Shown: one piece after another, positions 63,206 to 64,000 of the stretch
Numbering within the stretch: the stretch's first letter is position 1
Layout: each line of letters opens with the position of its first letter
Origin: Tubiluchus corallicola
Taxonomy: Eukaryota; Animalia; Priapulida
Assembly (NCBI GenBank): GCA_030141605.1
Contig: JAQGDQ010000410.1
Span: 62,001-126,000, forward strand
DNA length: 64,000 bases
Direction: 5' to 3'
Notes under the pieces: generated by a model
Databases searched by the model: none
Told to the model about the DNA's origin: nothing
What the model saw: only the letters and a program-made list of their open reading frames with translations
Made by a program: the position numbers and the translations under genes

Positions 63206-63937
63206 TTAGCATGTGTATTCGAGAGTTAGATAAAAGTTCAAACTGGGGTATCCCTCGGAACAGCATGGATAGTGAAGAACATTTCGTTCTCCAGTAGTTT
63301 GCACAACATGCCAGCAGTGATGCGGCGTGTATTCAGAGATGTCAAATCCTTCTGTACCTTCGTAAAGATGCAGATCCATCAAAGTCTCATCGTAGGTCCA
63401 CGAACCTACTCTTACAGAAAACGTTGTGGTTTCTTCAAGGGAAAAGTGGGAAGCGTATACTCTGAACTGAACTGGTGGGACCCAAAGAGCTCTCCCGTCC
63501 GAATAGACAATGACTTCTGTATGCTGGTGGTGGGGAAAGTAATCAACGTCCAACCCATTAAACAAGCTCATGTCTGGAGTCCATATTTGCTTTTCGCAAA
63601 ATTTAATTCTCTCAATTCCATCATAATGCTCCGGATCCCATCTCAGTCTATGGTCATGCCATTGTAAGGTTGCCCAGCCAAGCAATGTCAACTCTTGACT
63701 GCCCGGATTTACGTTGATGTGCTTCAGCGCAACCCTGAAGTCGACATTTACTGGCGCCTTGTCCTCTCTAATTGGAATAGCACGCTTTTCGTAGTGATGT
63801 TCCAGATCTTGAAAAAGTTGGTAATATTGGTGTTCTTCGACATGATCTAATTCATCGTCGTGATCATGCCTAGCTATGTAAGCTGACGCAGCAGCTACTA
63901 AGCCAGCAAACAGCAAAACAACCAGTATTTTACTCAT
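63206..63937 (-). CDS. AChBP: Secreted acetylcholine-binding-protein homologue (stand-alone nicotinic ligand-binding domain), 243 aa, single coding exon
   Basis: ATG at 63937, just after acceptor CTAACAG (63950-63949); signal peptide MSKILVVLLFAGLVAAASA; motifs WHDHRLRWDPEHYDGI, IWTPDMSLFN, VYSDG..LWVPP, GSWTY and YPCCSEGY; stop right after beta-10, with no transmembrane helices. Confidence 0.93.
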   Translation of the reverse strand: MSKILVVLLFAGLVAAASAYIARHDHDDELDHVEEHQYYQLFQDLEHHYEKRAIPIREDKAPVNVDFRVALKHINVNPGSQELTLLGWATLQWHDHRLRWDPEHYDGIERIKFCEKQIWTPDMSLFNGLDVDYFPHHQHTEVIVYSDGRALWVPPVQFRVYASHFSLEETTTFSVRVGSWTYDETLMDLHLYEGTEGFDISEYTPHHCWHVVQTTGERNVLHYPCCSEGYPSLNFYLTLEYTC

Positions 63938-64000
63938 CTTAGTTGCTCCTGTTAGCCAAAGCAGAAACACTCCTTAACAAGTTTGTAGTCTGCTGGGGAG

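Noticed and set aside
63272-63667. 131-aa plus-strand ORF
   Set aside because: Antisense shadow of the AChBP CDS.
63938-63970. ORF-track N-terminal extension of AChBP from GTG
   Set aside because: A non-ATG start that overlaps a splice acceptor; the signal peptide starts at ATG 63937.

Overview
AT-rich, intron-rich animal genomic DNA, most likely a marine invertebrate (probably spiralian; this is inference from gene and repeat content). Three multi-exon genes can be assembled by hand with frame-consistent splice phases: an SLC17/sialin-like anion transporter (+, ~7.7-16.7 kb), a 14-coding-exon SDS22-type leucine-rich-repeat gene (-, 36061-21397) that needs two consecutive GC-AG introns, and a KCTD2/5/17 BTB gene (+, 38114-50646) lying head-to-head with it. 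Near the right end are an orphan terminal exon of a probable GPI-anchored folate-receptor-like protein (-, 57155-56936) and a gene with an intronless CDS for a secreted acetylcholine-binding-protein (AChBP) homologue (-, 63937-63206). The AChBP homologue keeps the nicotinic alpha-type agonist loops, has lost both Cys-loop cysteines, and is very His-rich; it is the most unusual item in the window. Introns and intergenic DNA hold many decayed elements: CR1/L2/RTE-type LINE ends, an internally deleted Mag-like Gypsy element, hAT/Kolobok/TcMar-like MITEs, a 5S+tRNA composite SINE-like sequence, and an inverted pair of Penelope-type minimal hammerhead ribozyme motifs. There is also a near-perfect 926-bp tandem duplication. 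All calls come from reading the sequence by eye; no searches were run, and homologue motifs are quoted from memory.
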